A stretch of DNA of 63,630 bases, filler included, from Octopus bimaculoides (GCF_001194135.2; 7 parts of 6 records of this genome joined end to end with filler, not necessarily neighbours in it), one strand, 5' to 3'. Positions 41,535 to 55,168 are shown, counted from the first letter of the whole stretch. Numbers and translations: made by a program. Notes: generated from the letters alone by a model not told the origin.

Positions 41535-41569
41535 TTTTTTGCGTTTCGAGCAAAGCTCTTCTTCAGAAA
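41535..41569 (-). ncRNA. Minimal hammerhead-like motif
   Basis: The minus strand reads attt-CTGAAGA-A-GAGC-TTT-GCTC-GAAA-CGCA-aaaa. Core and stem II are intact; U16.1 is changed to C. Confidence 0.55.
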
Positions 41570-41653
41570 TAGGCGACGCCGGAAAGTCCAAGAGCAAAGC
41601 CTTGTGAGTGGATTTGGTAGATGGAAACTGAAAGAAGCCCGTCGTATATATAG

Positions 41654-41785
41654 ATGATAGATCGCTGACCGCTACACATATATTTTTTTCTCTCCTTGTT
41701 TCTTTCTGTGTTCCTTTCTATTGAAGAGTGTAGGCTCGAAACGTTAAAGACTTTTTCTATTCCCGAGCGTTATACTAATGTATTC
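41654..41785 (+). mobile_element. Penelope-like terminal repeat copy with hammerhead-like motif at 41714-41749
   Basis: Reverse-complement match to 4165-4290. The motif reads cttt-CTATTGA-A-GAGT-GTAG-GCTC-GAAA-CGTT-aaag. Confidence 0.75.
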
Positions 41786-42155
41786 GACCATTAATATATG
41801 CCTTGTCTTGCATATCACTCTGAGCAAAAGACCAGTCTAAAAGGATCACAGCCATGGGTTTACAATATTGAATGGTGATGAACAATAACCTTGGGCCCTG
41901 CCACAAGAATACGCAGAGTTCTTTACTAATTTAAAAAATATTGTTAACCTGATGTACTAGCAGAGAGCCTATAAAGTATTTTGCCCGGGTTGTTAATCCT
42001 TCGTCAATAATTCTTTGTTAAATTGCCTTCAATCATTAATCTCAATATATATGAACATATACATGCAAACATACACATGTACATACATACTCTTACACAT
42101 TTGTATGTGTGTGTTTATGTGTGTGTGTGTGTGTGTATGTGTGTGTGTGTGTGTG

Positions 42156-42190
<35 letters not shown>

Positions 42191-42328
42191 TTGTGTGTGT
42201 TTGAGCTGTTTAGTCATCGTGGTCAAGGACCTGCTGCTGCACCACCTTCAGGGTTGAATCCTATGCACCCTACGTGTTCTGTCTGCGTATTGCCACATGT
42301 TCATTGTTTTCATTAAATTTCATTAGTA

Positions 42329-42558
42329 AGGCAGCGAGCTGGCAGAAACGTTAGCACGCCGGGCGAAGTGCTTAGCGATATTTCGTCTTTCTTTACGTTC
42401 TGAGTTCAAATTCCGCCGAGGTCGACTTTGCCTTTCATCCTTTCGGGGTCGATTAAATAAGCACCAATTACGCACTGGGATCAATGTAATCGACCTAACT
42501 TCCTTGTCTGTCCTTGTTTGTCCCCTCTATGTTTAGCTTTCTGTGAGCAATAAAGAAA
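42329..42558 (+). mobile_element. Full-length SINE family B with 15-bp target-site duplication
   Basis: taaatttcattagta occurs at 42314-42328 and 42559-42573. The head is tRNA-like with a B-box-like gagttcaaattcc. Confidence 0.95.
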
Positions 42559-43466
42559 TAAATTTCATTAGTATGCGAGTCATCTCTAATTAATGATTTA
42601 ACGACTTAATGAAAGTTGTTCTGCTTTGCTGGGAATCTTTTGCAAATATCTGATGTGATAACTTAGAAAGCAAAGCATCTTTGATATCATTTTAAAATTT
42701 CTGGAGAATTTTTGGTCACTTTTCACAATGAATTCATTTTTTATCTTTTATTCTGAAAGGACAGCAGCGCTCACGACCTTCTAGAGGGCCTCTATGACTG
42801 TAGAAGGGAAGTAAACGTAAAGTAGAGAACTGATTCGCATACTTAAAACGAAGTGGACTCTGCTAAGAAACCCGAGATATCAGGTAGTGCTGTTAAACCG
42901 GGTGACGGTTTAAGTCTATTTGTGAAGAAGACCGTGGTGGCGTTGAAATCAGAACGCCAAAAGCCAGGACAAAAGTCTCAAGGCAACTGATGCACCGCTC
43001 CGGGTGGTATATTTTAAACCTTGACGGATATTATATATCTTTGCTCTACCACTTGATTTCTATATAGTTGTGTAAGCTCCTGTTTTTTGTAGCACTTCTA
43101 CAAAATGTTTTTGCATGTATGAATCAATTCTGGCGGCAATAAATGATAATAGTTTATCATTATTATTATTATTATTTTACTTGTCAGAACGCTCGGTCTT
43201 GTCTGCTCGGGTAGATTCTGTGAGAGCGGACAGCAGCCTGCAGTCAGAGGTATATCTTTCCGGACATTATAAGCATTGATATTTGGTTGCTAATTATAGC
43301 CAGAGACATTCAACATCGAAGTACCAATCTCAAAATCCTAGCTGTCCCCTGGTTGATTCATTTGACTAAAAAATCTTCAATGCCGTACCACAGCTTGGCC
43401 GCAGTCTAATGGCTGAAAAAAGTAAGAGATAAAAGATACATGCATATGTATGTGTGTGCGCGTGTA

Positions 43467-43565
<99 letters not shown>

Positions 43566-44088
43566 GCGTGTGTGTGTGTGCGCTCGTTTACACACAAACA
43601 TTTCAAAGCTCATACAGTCTGTGCCTGTTTTTGATGCACAAGCTTTATATGTGTGCTTTTAAATATGTATGTGTGCGCGTGAGTGCGCGCGTGCGCTTGA
43701 GAGTATGCTTATGAGAGTGACAACTGTGAAACATTGGTTTTAATAACTGGCACTTAGCAACAACAAAAATTCAATTTTAATAACGTCTTAATCGTCACTA
43801 AATTTGCATATGCTAATTTTGAGTCCAAAATATTTTATATTGCATTTATTTTGTTAATTTTATTGTTTAGGTTTTCTTTTTTTGATTGGGAAAATTTCAT
43901 CNNNNNNNNNNNNNNNNNNNNNNNNNNNNNNNNNNNNNNNNNNNNNNNNNNNNNNNNNNNNNNNNNNNNNNNNNNNNNNNNNNNNNNNNNNNNNNNNNNN
44001 NNNNNNNNNNNNNNNNNNNNNNNNNNNNNNNNNNNNNNNNNNNNNNNNNNNNNNNNNNNNNNNNNNNNNNNNNNNNNNNNNNNNNNNN

Positions 44089-44162
<74 letters not shown>

Positions 44163-44521
44163 TATGTGTGTGTGTGCTTGTTTGTGTATTGATGTGTGTA
44201 TAAGTATGTACATGTGTGGAACGGAGTCGTGTAAGTATATATGTCTCGGTATATGTGTCTCAGCGTGTATGTGTGCCTGTGAATGTAGATGTGTGCAGGT
44301 GTATGTGTGTGAGTGTATAAGTGTGTATGAATGAGTTTGCATGTTCGTGTACCACTGTGTAGAAGTATATACATATGTGTGCATGCGTGCGCGCGTGGAG
44401 GAGACGTATGGATTTGTGTGTAAGTACATTTGGTGTATTTGAATGCTTCTATGCATTTATTTACGCATGAGTACGCGAGGGCGTTGCGCAACAGAATACA
44501 TGTCAATATATGTATGTGTGT

Positions 44522-45142
44522 AAGGCGGCGAGCTAGCAGAAACGTTAGCACGTCGGGCGAAATGTTTAGCAGTGTTTCGTCAGCCGCTACGTTCTGAGTT
44601 CAAATTCCGCCGAGGTAGACTTTGCCTTTCATCCTTTCGGGGTCGATAAATTAAGTACCAGTCACGCACTGTGGTCGTAAATTAAGTACCAGTCACGCAC
44701 TGGGTCGATGTAATCGACTTAATCCCTTTGTCTGTCCTTGTTTGTCCCCTCCATGTTTAGCCCCTTGTGGGCAATAAAGAAATAAGAAACGTTAGCACGC
44801 CNNNNNNNNNNAGTACCAGTCACGCACTGTGGTCGTAAATTAAGTACCAGTCACGCACTGGGTCGATGTAATCGACTTAATCCCTTTGTCTGTCCTTGTT
44901 TGTCCCCTCCATGTTTAGCCCCTTGTGGGCAATAAAGAAATAAGAAACGTTAGCACGCCGGGCGAAATGCTTAGCAGTATTTCGTCTGCCGTTACGTTCC
45001 GAGTTCAAATTCCGCCGAGGTCGACTTTGCCTTTCATCCTTTCGGTGTCGATAAATTAAGTACCAGTTGCGTACTGGGGTCAATCTAATCGACTGGTGCC
45101 CTCCCTCAAAATTTCGGGCCTTGTGCGTACAATAGAAAAGAA
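44522..45142 (+). mobile_element. Tandem SINE family B copies, partly duplicated by the assembly
   Basis: Family B sequence with tail 1, followed by a second copy with tail 2. 44654-44801 is repeated exactly at 44812-44959 across a 10-N gap. Confidence 0.9.
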
Positions 45143-45962
45143 TATATGTGTGTGTGTATGTGTGTGTGTGTGTGCGTGTGTGTGTCTCTGTGTGTATGCT
45201 TGTGTGTGTCTGTGTTTGTGTGTATATGTATAGGATTTTTATGTAAGTAAAGGCATGTGTGGGTGTGCTTTTGTGTACGTGTATGAAATTTGTTTGTGAT
45301 TCAGAATGTGTGTGTGTGTGTGCGGTCAATGTGTGTGTAGGCAACTGCATGTTTTCTTGGGGGTGTGTTTGTATAAGTGCGTATGTGTGTGCATGCATGT
45401 GCAAGTGTATGAATGTGTGTATGTTTGTGTCCGCGTGTATGTGTTTGTACGTGTCTGTGTACTGATTTGTGAGTGTGTGTGTCTGTGTTCATGTGTGTAA
45501 AAGGTGTGTGAGCGTGTGCTTATGAGAATACGGATGAGCGTTAGTGTGGTGGTTGTTGTTTAGCTCCAAATCAGCCCTGATCGACAGCTCCCAGAATCAA
45601 AAGTATTTCAGCCGTGACCATTACGTCTTTTTCTTACATGAAATGAGTTTAGTTAACACATTATTCAACATAATTTTTTTTTTCAGGCGGTGGACTGGTT
45701 TGTAAGTAATTTGGCTGTTATTTCTAGCCAACCGAGACCATGTAAAAGCGCCTTCACCAGCTCGTAAATACAGTTGTCAGCGCATGTACTTGTGCTTCTG
45801 TGTATGTGTGTGTGTGAGTGTGTGTGTATGTGTGTGTATATGTGTGTGGGTGTGTGTGTGCATGGGTGTATAAGGGTGTATGTGAAAGATGAGTGTGTGC
45901 ATTTGTCTATGTGTGAGAATGACCACACATGTTTGTGTAAATATGTGTGCGCGCACATGCTT

Positions 45963-46047
<85 letters not shown>

Positions 46048-46529
46048 CGCGTGTGTGTGCGTGCGTGTGTGCTTATCAGCAATCAGTTTGTTGAAAACTC
46101 GCTGCAACTAGCGAAAATATCTTATAGCGTTTAATCCGTGTGAATTACGTCCCTTTATTCCAAATAGGTTATAATTTGGAGAATTAGAAGCGTCTCAATC
46201 GGTAGAAAGAGTAAAAAAAAAATAACGCAAGAAAAAGAGTGTTCAATTTTATTAACATCAGTAATACTTAAAAATAAAACTGAATTTATTGTAAACAAGC
46301 GAAAAATTAATGCGAATATAGTCTCTCTGCGTGTAATTACTTTACTGCAAAGGGCACCGCTGACAGTAATTGAACGATAAAGAGAAAACTTAAATTAATA
46401 CTTGATGAGTATTAAATTATACAAATAGATACTTTACAAATGTAACGAAAATATTTTTTGCCAAAAACTCTAGAGAAGTGCCCAATGAAGATGTATACAT
46501 TCAGGTTTAGCGCAATAACACACTAACAC

Positions 46530-46571
<42 letters not shown>

Positions 46572-46586
46572 GCATACATAAATTTA

Positions 46587-46619
<33 letters not shown>

Positions 46620-47110
46620 ACATGTATATATGTATGTATATGTGTATGTATGTATGTATGTATGTATGTATATGAAGATAACCTTGGAGAATTTATACTC
46701 GTAAATAATAACAGATTATGTAGATAGGTATGTGGAGTGCTAAAATAAATATATATTTATACACCCACGCACACATACATGTATGTGTGTGTATGTGTGT
46801 GTGCGTGTGTGTGCGTGTGTGCATGTATGCGTGCGTACTTGTGTGTGTATCCTGAGTAATGACTGTGTGAGTCAACAACTAGCAATTTACAAACGAAAAC
46901 TCTATAAATTATATTGAATGCTATTTTTCTTTTGTTCGGACTAAATTTGACTATTTTCTGGCTCTTTTTTTTTTTTTTTTCAGGAACAGCTTGATGTATT
47001 GGTAAACAGTGAATGCGTTGGAGAGCATGAAATTTAAAGTTGTAGATGAGAAAAATTCAGCTGACATGGAGGTCTGGAAGCCACCTGAGTATTGGAAAAT
47101 AATTATTTAC

Positions 47111-47227
47111 CATGATGATTCGCGTCGGAACTACAACGCCATTGATATCAAGTGGTTCCAGAGACTTGAAAGCAAAAGCACCTCTAAATTCAGCAAATTT
47201 TATATAGTGAATTGTCACCCGCCCTCT
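47111..47227 (-). CDS. Candidate exon (RGRVTIHYIKFAEFRGAFAFKSLEPLDINGVVVPTRIIM)
   Basis: Acceptor ttgtcttctgtag, donor ATG|GTAAAT, 117 nt, phase 0-0 and open. No recognised homology. Confidence 0.25.
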
Positions 47228-47664
47228 CTACAGAAGACAATTTGCTACGATCAGCAAGCCCGATATTAGAATAGTAACGAATACGGAAAGTCACTATTAT
47301 GTCTATTTCTATTAATTTCTATTATGTCTATTTCTATTAATTTCTATTAATTCAAAACGATGGAAACCCATTCGATGTCTTCATGAGATAAAGTCATCGT
47401 CACATTAGTGGAATAGAGAGTAAAACACTGTAATAGTGTCTTGCATTGACTTACGCAAGCAGAGTGCAACCGTTTCTATGATGAGACTCGGCTTATCTAC
47501 TGGGAACCAAGCTTACCAACAATCAATAAGAGCCCACCATTCAAGCTCAACGCAGCTAAAGTTTCAGTTAGAGCCAATATCTAACTGATTAGTCACTTAG
47601 ACATCAATATAGTTTTAAGCAGACATAGACATTCTCTCGGCCCCTCCTCAACTTATTCCCTGCG

Positions 47665-47855
47665 AAACATCCAGGATGTGACAGCTGAAGGGAGAGAATG
47701 AGCTACATCAGCACTCTGCTGGTACTCATTTTCATCTGAATAGACTAGAGCAACATGAAATGAAGTACCTTGCTCAAGGAAACAACGCGCCAACTGGTCC
47801 AGGAATCGAACTCACAACTTTGCGATCATGAGCTGAACATCCTCTCCACTAGGTT
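47665..47855 (-). mobile_element. tRNA-derived SINE, family D-like
   Basis: The reverse complement has gttcgattcctggacc (B box), cttgagcaag (CORE-like) and aaaatgagtaccagc. Confidence 0.7.
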
Positions 47856-47911
47856 TCACTGTACACAATAGGTCATTAAAACAAAAGGACCAAATGACAA
47901 GCTTTTATTGT

Positions 47912-47956
<45 letters not shown>

Positions 47957-48267
47957 TGAGTGAGCGTGCGTGCGTGTGTGCGTGTGTGCGTGTGTGTGTG
48001 TGTGTGTGTGGTTTACTGTTCCGTCACGGTAAGATCAACAAAAAAAGTGCATTGTATGATGATAAGAGCTACGAGTAGGACTGATTTGGGACTAAACTAC
48101 AACAGAGCGACCGCATTTTTATNNNNNNNNNNNNNNNNNNNNNNNNNNNNNNNNNNNNNNNNNNNNTTAATTAATTAANNNNNNNNNNNNNNNNNNNNNN
48201 NNNNNNNNNNNNNNNNNNNNNNTATATATATATATATATGTAAGTATGTATGAGCGTGTGCATGTTT

Positions 48268-48467
48268 GTGTGTCTGTGTTTGTCCCCCCAACATCGCTTG
48301 ACAACCGATGCTGGTGTGTTTAGGTCCTCGTAACTTAGCGGTTCGGCAAAAGAGACCGATAGAATAAGTACTAGGCTTACAAAGAATAAGTCCTGGGGTC
48401 GATTTGCTCGACTAAAGGTGGTGCTCCAGCATGGCCACAGTCAAATGACTGAAACAAGTAAAAGAGT
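48268..48467 (+). mobile_element. SINE family A tail
   Basis: Near-consensus tail following a microsatellite and gap. Confidence 0.92.
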
Positions 48468-48490
48468 AAACGACTGAAGAATGTTTATAC

Positions 48491-48595
48491 CAGTCTGTAA
48501 TATTTTTGAGTGTCGAGAAAAACAGAACAGTCTTTGTCGTGTGATTCCAGCAGTTCGGTGGTTTTAGCTGTGCCGTCGTCATCACTATCTTTCAT
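48491..48595 (-). CDS. Candidate first coding exon (MKDSDDDGTAKTTELLESHDKDCSVFLDTQKYYRL)
   Basis: ATG-initiated 35-codon frame ending at CTG|GTATAA, directly downstream (on the minus strand) of a CpG-rich patch. Confidence 0.25.
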
Positions 48596-48599
48596 TGAT

Positions 48600-48860
48600 C
48601 TTAATTGTTATAACCACACTCGTAGCTGACTGACTTAAAGCGCGCGCCACTACACTTTTACGGGCGCTACTGGTTAGTAGAAATGCATATCCATATATAG
48701 CTATTTATTTCAAAGAGAAAACGGCGCCAATCGATGGAATCGTTAATGAGATCTATTTTTACCAGAGATCCGAGTAGTTAGTGCTCGCTGACGTCATCAA
48801 TAATCGAGCAACTCGCGCCCATGTTGTTTAGTTATTTTTGCATCGGATACAGTGTTCTTG
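48600..48860. promoter_or_regulatory. CpG-rich promoter-like patch
   Basis: Many CpGs in non-repeat sequence, with gcgcgcgcc, ggcgCCAATc, a perfect CRE palindrome TGACGTCA and tcgcgccc. Confidence 0.4.
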
Positions 48861-49602
48861 GTTCGATTTCTAGGCTGTGGACTGGTGTTTGAGACTGCCA
48901 AATATTCCTGCTACAATCTTTAAAAATGGGAAGACAAAATGCAGTTTGCATTCATAAAATTCTTCTTTCTTCACTACGGTGTTGAACAAGTTTATAAAAG
49001 CTCAAAACCATCCTTTTGTTAAACATAATTTGTCCGATTCCTTTTTAATTTCTCACAAACCTCCTTCAGATGAGATTACTCATCTAAGTATCACGGCAAG
49101 CAGATATTTTTTTATACACGATCAGTGATGGAGTGCATACTGTTCTATGACGTTAAGCCCGAATACACCTTTCTTAAACAGCGACCCATATATATGTAAA
49201 AGATCAGTGTACATTCTCCTGTGCACATATTACTTGCAAATTTTGTCACCAATAAACAACGAGAAAAATAACAGATCTTTGGCATATATCATACAGTAAA
49301 TTTACAGAGTTATTGAAGCATTGTATAGAATGCTGTATAGTATTCGCTCTGGGTTCAAATCATACAGAGGTCAACTTTGCCTTTCATTCTACTGGAGACG
49401 ATAAATAAAATCCCAGTCCAGAGCAGTGAATTGGTGGAAACGTCCCAGCGTTGGAAGAAAAGCGCTTTGGCATAATTCCGGTTCCTTGTGATCTGAGTTC
49501 AAACTGAGCCTAGGTATCGAAGTAGAGATTAATTACATATCCACAGGAGTACACCGTGCAAGCTACAATTGGCCAGCATGGACAGCAGACTGATAGATAT
49601 GC

Positions 49603-49727
49603 TAGTACTTAATCTTTTGCCGAACTGCTAAGTCACGGGGACGTAAACAAACCAAGACCGGTTGTCAAGCGGTAGGGGGAGCAAAAACACACATAGACAT
49701 ACACATACATACGTGTATCTCTCTCTT

Positions 49728-49805
<78 letters not shown>

Positions 49806-49955
49806 GACGGTCTTCTTTCAGTTTCCGTCACCTAAATTCACACACAAGGCTTCGGTCGGCCTGAGGCTATAGTGAAAGACACTTGGCCAAGGTGCCACGC
49901 AACGTGACTGAACCCGGAACAATGTGAATGGGAAGTCAACTTCTCACCACACATT
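49603..49955 (-). mobile_element. SINE family A with internal (CT)/(AT) microsatellite
   Basis: Tail part, microsatellite and head are contiguous without a gap. Confidence 0.85.
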
Positions 49956-50115
49956 CACGTTTCCTATCCACTTCCTCCAGGAGTCGATCGAAAAAGACTT
50001 GAGTGGAATATATCACGATTGTGCTGGAAAAATTCATGGTTATTTTTTGTTAGGTGCACCATTGAGAATGTCGCACGGGCTACATTTTGGCCATAAGTGG
50101 ATTAAACAATGACAT

Positions 50116-50322
50116 ACTCTTTACTCTTTTACTTGTTTCAGTCATTTTACTGCGACCATGCTGGAGCACCGCCTTTAGTCGAGCAAATCGACCTCCGGAC
50201 TTATTCTTTGTAAGCCTAGTACTTATTCTATCGGCCTCTTTTGCCGAACCGCTAAGTTACAGGGACGTAAACACACCAGCATCGGTTGTCAAGTGATGTT
50301 GGGGGGACAGACACACAAGCAC

Positions 50323-50353
<31 letters not shown>

Positions 50354-50410
50354 CGACGGGCTTCTTTCAGTTTCTGTCTACCAAATCCACTCACAAGGCT
50401 TTGGTTGGCA
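50116..50410 (-). mobile_element. SINE family A (tail + microsatellite + partial head)
   Basis: Near-consensus match to the other family A copies. Confidence 0.9.
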
Positions 50411-50629
50411 TATAGAAATATCTACAAACATATCTAGTGAGTATGCATGTACCAATATAGTACTTACATAAGTACATGCATTTCATATACATACATACAT
50501 ACATACACTCAGACTTATATATAAATATGTATGTATAAAAATATAGGTTAGCGCAAGTATATGAATGTTTATACGTATGTATTGTCGTGTGTGTGCGAAC
50601 GTGCATGCCTGTCTCTCTCTGTGTGTGTG

Positions 50630-50665
<36 letters not shown>

Positions 50666-51059
50666 TATATGCCTGTGTAACCCTTGTGTGCATATAAGTT
50701 CACTACGGTGCTAATGATACCGTTGTAAAGATGAGGTAGGAAAAGTCTGACACTGTGAAGGAAATGATGTAATTGGCTGTGATGTAATTATGTATGACAT
50801 GTGAAGTGATGTAGAAATGGCCACCAAGGTACCGAATAATCGAATTAAACAGCAATTACAGTCCTGGCACCAGGACTGTAATATCAACAGCAACAGTAAC
50901 AACAACACTCTTATCACCACCACTCTCACAATCACAACAGCAATTCAATCACCACACCATCACCATCACCACCACCACCACCACCACCATCACTGCTTCC
51001 GACTATACTGTCGCTATCTACACCACCACGCGGAAATTTATTTAAAATGTATATGCAAA

Positions 51060-51113
<54 letters not shown>

Positions 51114-51420
51114 AAAATGAGAATGTGTGTCTGTCTGTGTCTGTCTGTCTGTCTGTGTCTGTCTGTCTGTCTGTCTGTGTNNNNNNNNNNNNNNNNNNNN
51201 NNNNNNNNNNNNNNNNNNNNNNNNTTAATTAATTAANNNNNNNNNNNNNNNNNNNNNNNNNNNNNNNNNNNNNNNNNNNNGAAGTGAGGCTCTCGTTTTG
51301 CCCATGCGTACACAAACATACCATCGCCACACCACCACCACCAGTAGTTTCACCATCACCGTTGGCACTACCACAACCAGCACCAATATCTCCACCACCG
51401 TCACCATCACCGCCACCGCC

Positions 51421-51452
<32 letters not shown>

Positions 51453-52074
51453 CAAGTATAGGATATTACACTTACCTCCCTAAGAAGGTGAAAATAGAAA
51501 CGAGTTAACGTTGGAGCCAAAGAACCGATACGTTAAGTATCCCTTAAACATGGCAGAGATGCTATTGTTCATACATTGGAGTTGATACATTGAAGTAAGG
51601 TTGATTTAAATGACAATATCTAGATAATATTCAACAGCGATTAGCATATTTACGTCCAAATCTACCTTATCGTATTAAGAACAAGTCTTGGAAGACATCA
51701 TTTTGAATTTCGAGCAAATAATCATTTCTTATCGATTGGCAGCACAGATCGGTGCACGGTTGATTCACAGAAGTCATGAACAAGAACTAGTTAGATTCTA
51801 GTTGGATTCATTGGTGCCAAACTGGAGCACCGCCCTGAAGAGTTTATCAAACAGATTGACCGAAGTACTTATTCTTTTGGTCCCATTTGCCAATCAAATA
51901 AGTTACAAAGACGTAAACAAACCTACACCGGTTGTCAGGCGAAGACACGCAAATGATTTGTTTATAGTGATCAAATGTTTGTGTTCACATAAGCTCACTT
52001 CTGCCATCAAATCGATATTACCTGTACAGTTGCACAAGTATGCCGCACATCAAATGTCGCAGGTGTCGCAGAGT

Positions 52075-52353
52075 TACGTGAAATGTAGAGTTTTGATCAA
52101 GAACACAAAGCACCGCCCGGTCTGGAAATCGAAACCACAACCTCGTGATCATGAGTGCAACACTCTAATCAGTAGGAGATTTCTCGACAATAATTTACCC
52201 CCCTCCACAAGAAAAACCCTGAAATGCGTACGGGCGCTTTGCAACCTCATGATTTCGGGTTCAGTTCCAATGTGTGGCACTCTAGGCATGTATCTTCAAC
52301 TATAGTTCGGGCCAACCAAAGCCTTGTGGGTGAATTTTATAGGCGGAAACTCT

Positions 52354-52396
<43 letters not shown>

Positions 52397-52480
52397 TCGT
52401 CCAAAACAGTTTGACAGCTGGTGCTGGTTTATTTACATCTCCCGTAACTTAGCAGGTCAGCCTAAAGGACCGATAAAATA
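52075..52480. mobile_element. SINE family D head (-, 52075-52180) next to a SINE family A copy (+, 52232-52480)
   Basis: Matches 52683-52790 (inverted) and the family A consensus, respectively. Confidence 0.75.
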
Positions 52481-52682
52481 AGCATCATGCTGCAAGACAT
52501 GAGCCCCAGCGTCGACTCATCGGACCAAACTCGTGAAGGTGGCGCTTCCGGCGACCTTTGAAGGACTGAGGTAAAGGAAAGGTAAACGGAGAGAAAAACA
52601 CTTGAAATTTGAACCAAATCAAACGAGTTCGATTTCGTATCGATTCTTGATGGATTAATATTTCTTTTCTTGTTACGATGAA

Positions 52683-52930
52683 GATGCGTGGCCGAGTGGT
52701 TAGACTGTTGCACTCACGATCTCGTGATCGTAGTTTCGATTTCCGTACCGGGCGGTGCGTTGTATTTTTGAGCAAAACACATCATTCCACGTTCCCGCAA
52801 TCCCCTTAACTGTAAACGAGTGACCCTGTAACGGACTGGCATCCCATTCAAGGGCTATGTGCTGATATCGGACACTTGTAGGCCATAGAAAGCCGGGAAC
52901 ACGGCCCCAGGAGTTCTAAGGCTCGACATA
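52683..52930 (+). mobile_element. tRNA-derived SINE family D with a V-SINE-like central motif
   Basis: A box TGGCCGAGTGG (52689-52699) and B-box-like GTTTCGATTTCC. The motif accctgtaacggactggcatcccattcaaggg resembles the remembered V domain. Confidence 0.75.
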
Positions 52931-53519
52931 GTAATGCCCTTATTATTCAGTTTCCGTGGGTCTTCATTCAATAATCCTAATTTTTTAAAAAAAAGGACAT
53001 CTTTAGTTTGAAGAATATCTGTGTGCGTGTTTGTGCTTCTATTTGTCTGTGTGTGTATGCATGTTTGAATGTGTATGTGTGTATGTATGTGTATGTGTGT
53101 GCTCGTGCATGAATGCTTGTGTTTCTGTTGGGTTTTGTGTATGTGCACGCATCTCGAGAACGAATGCAAAGAAGTAAAAAGCAGTGAGGGGAGGTTGGGT
53201 GGGGGGCTTCTGTGCCATGAATATGCATGAGATATATATTTGTTTACATACACCCAATCACTCGCCAGCTCTACACATTCACAAAGAAAACGCTTATCTC
53301 CCCCTTGCTTTAATTGTCCCTTTCTCTCCCTCGCTCACACTCTCCCCTACTCTCTCTCTCCCTCTCTGCTTCTCTATGTTTGAAGAGAGCATATATTATA
53401 TGCATACGTCGGTGAGGGAGGAGTATATGCGGTGGAAATATTTGCAGGGACACCAAAGAAAAAGATGTGGAAACGTAAAGCTTAAAAGACGGACACAAAG
53501 CGAACTCTTTCTCTCGTTC

Positions 53520-53622
<103 letters not shown>

Positions 53623-53677
53623 NNNNNNNNNNNNNNNNNNNNNNNNNNNNNNNNNNNNNNNNNNNNNNNNNNATATG

Positions 53678-53748
<71 letters not shown>

Positions 53749-54806
53749 GCTTGCTTGCGTATGTGTGTATGTAGGTGAATGTATAAATGTGCGTGCATGC
53801 AGAAAGAAAACGAGCAAAAAGACAGAGAAAGAGAGAGAGAAAGGCAGAGAGAAAGAAAGAAAGAAAATGAGAGAGAAAGTAGGGTAAGACAAAGAAAGAA
53901 AAGTTAAACTGAAAGGCAAGCGATTAAAACTAGTACAACCTGGGTGTAGAGGGGAGGGGGATAAGAACTATAAATAAAATAAAATAAAGTAAAAAAAAGC
54001 GCAAACTGGGACAAGATTTCGGTCTGGCACCTGATTTCCCATGAAATTGCGTTGTCACGGTCTGTTAGTCGCGTTGAGATACATTTGACAGCCAACCATT
54101 ATCATCAAAAAGGTATTTCCGGCACTCATATTACCTTAAAAAATTAGTTACGCAAGACTTAACGATAAACCAATCAACCTTGACAGAAAATACAGTTCAC
54201 CCCTACTCTCCCTCCATCCTCCATCACCGACAACAACAAGAACAACAACAACAAAAGCACTAATAAAAGTCTCAAAATATTTGTTGCGTTTAAACTTGTG
54301 TTTTTTTTTTTGTTTAGGTCTTTATATTTTTATGTTTTCCTTTTCTATTTATTTAGTGATTTTAGTTTTACATAAAAGGATATCGGAGTAGAAAAAACTT
54401 TCACGGATTGGTTTACGTCGAGGATTTATTAGAATTTGTTATGAAATAAACTAAAACAAAAACAAATCGAAATAACATAAAAATGAATAAAAAAAAGAAA
54501 GAAAATCAAGAAAGAAGATTTAAGTCTGTCGCTATTTAAGAAGATGTCCACTTAACGCTGGTGTCATTTTTCTCTCAGAATAAATCGGTAAACTCTCGCT
54601 TCGCGGCACTTAATAACTTATCAAATTTCGGTGTTCACTTTAATGTCATATTCCTTATTTTATTTACTTCGAACTGTCAAGGCATTATAAATTCATATTT
54701 TCTGTTTTTCTTTCTTTCTTTCTTTCTTTCTTTCTTATAATAGATTTAGGACTACGAAATATCAAAATTACGTCTAAGAATCTATCTATCTATCTATCTA
54801 TCTATC

Positions 54807-55168
54807 TGAGATCTGAGTTCAAATTCCGCCGAGGTCGACTTTCCCCTTCATCCTTTCGGGGTCGATAAATTAAGTACCAGTTGCGTACTGGAGTCGATCT
54901 AATCGACTTGCCCCCTCCCTTAAAATTTCGGATCTGTTCCTAGAGTAGAAAAGAATATGGAATCTCTCTTCCTCGGTTTGGTGGTTTATTATTTCCCGCA
55001 GGTTTTTTTCTGGTTTTTTATGTTCTGAGTTCAAATTCCGCCGAGGTGGACTTTGCCTTTCAGCCTTTCGAGGTCGAGGAAATAAGTACCAGTGACACAC
55101 TGGGGTCGTAGTAATCAACTTATCCCCTCCTTTAGAATTGCTGGCCTTGTGCTTAAAATTTGAAACCA
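54807..55168 (+). mobile_element. Two 5'-truncated SINE family B copies (tail variant 2)
   Basis: tctgagttcaaattccgccgagg... starts at 54811 and again at about 55024. Confidence 0.9.

Noticed and set aside
44654-44959. Exact 148-bp direct repeat
   Set aside because: Same overlap artefact around a 10-N gap.
6732-47227. Vague resemblance of the joined minus-strand exon candidates to CCDC81 HU domains, an LRR or the OYE N-terminus
   Set aside because: The matches are scattered and much weaker than expected for orthologs, so no gene symbol was assigned.
47009-47269. Plus ORF with WKIIIYHDDS resembling the Tc1 W..VIFSDE motif
   Set aside because: The similarity is limited to a few residues, with no other DD34E motifs or TIRs.
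52683-52760. Possible tRNA gene
   Set aside because: It has A/B boxes but no cloverleaf and continues into a SINE body, so it is a SINE head.
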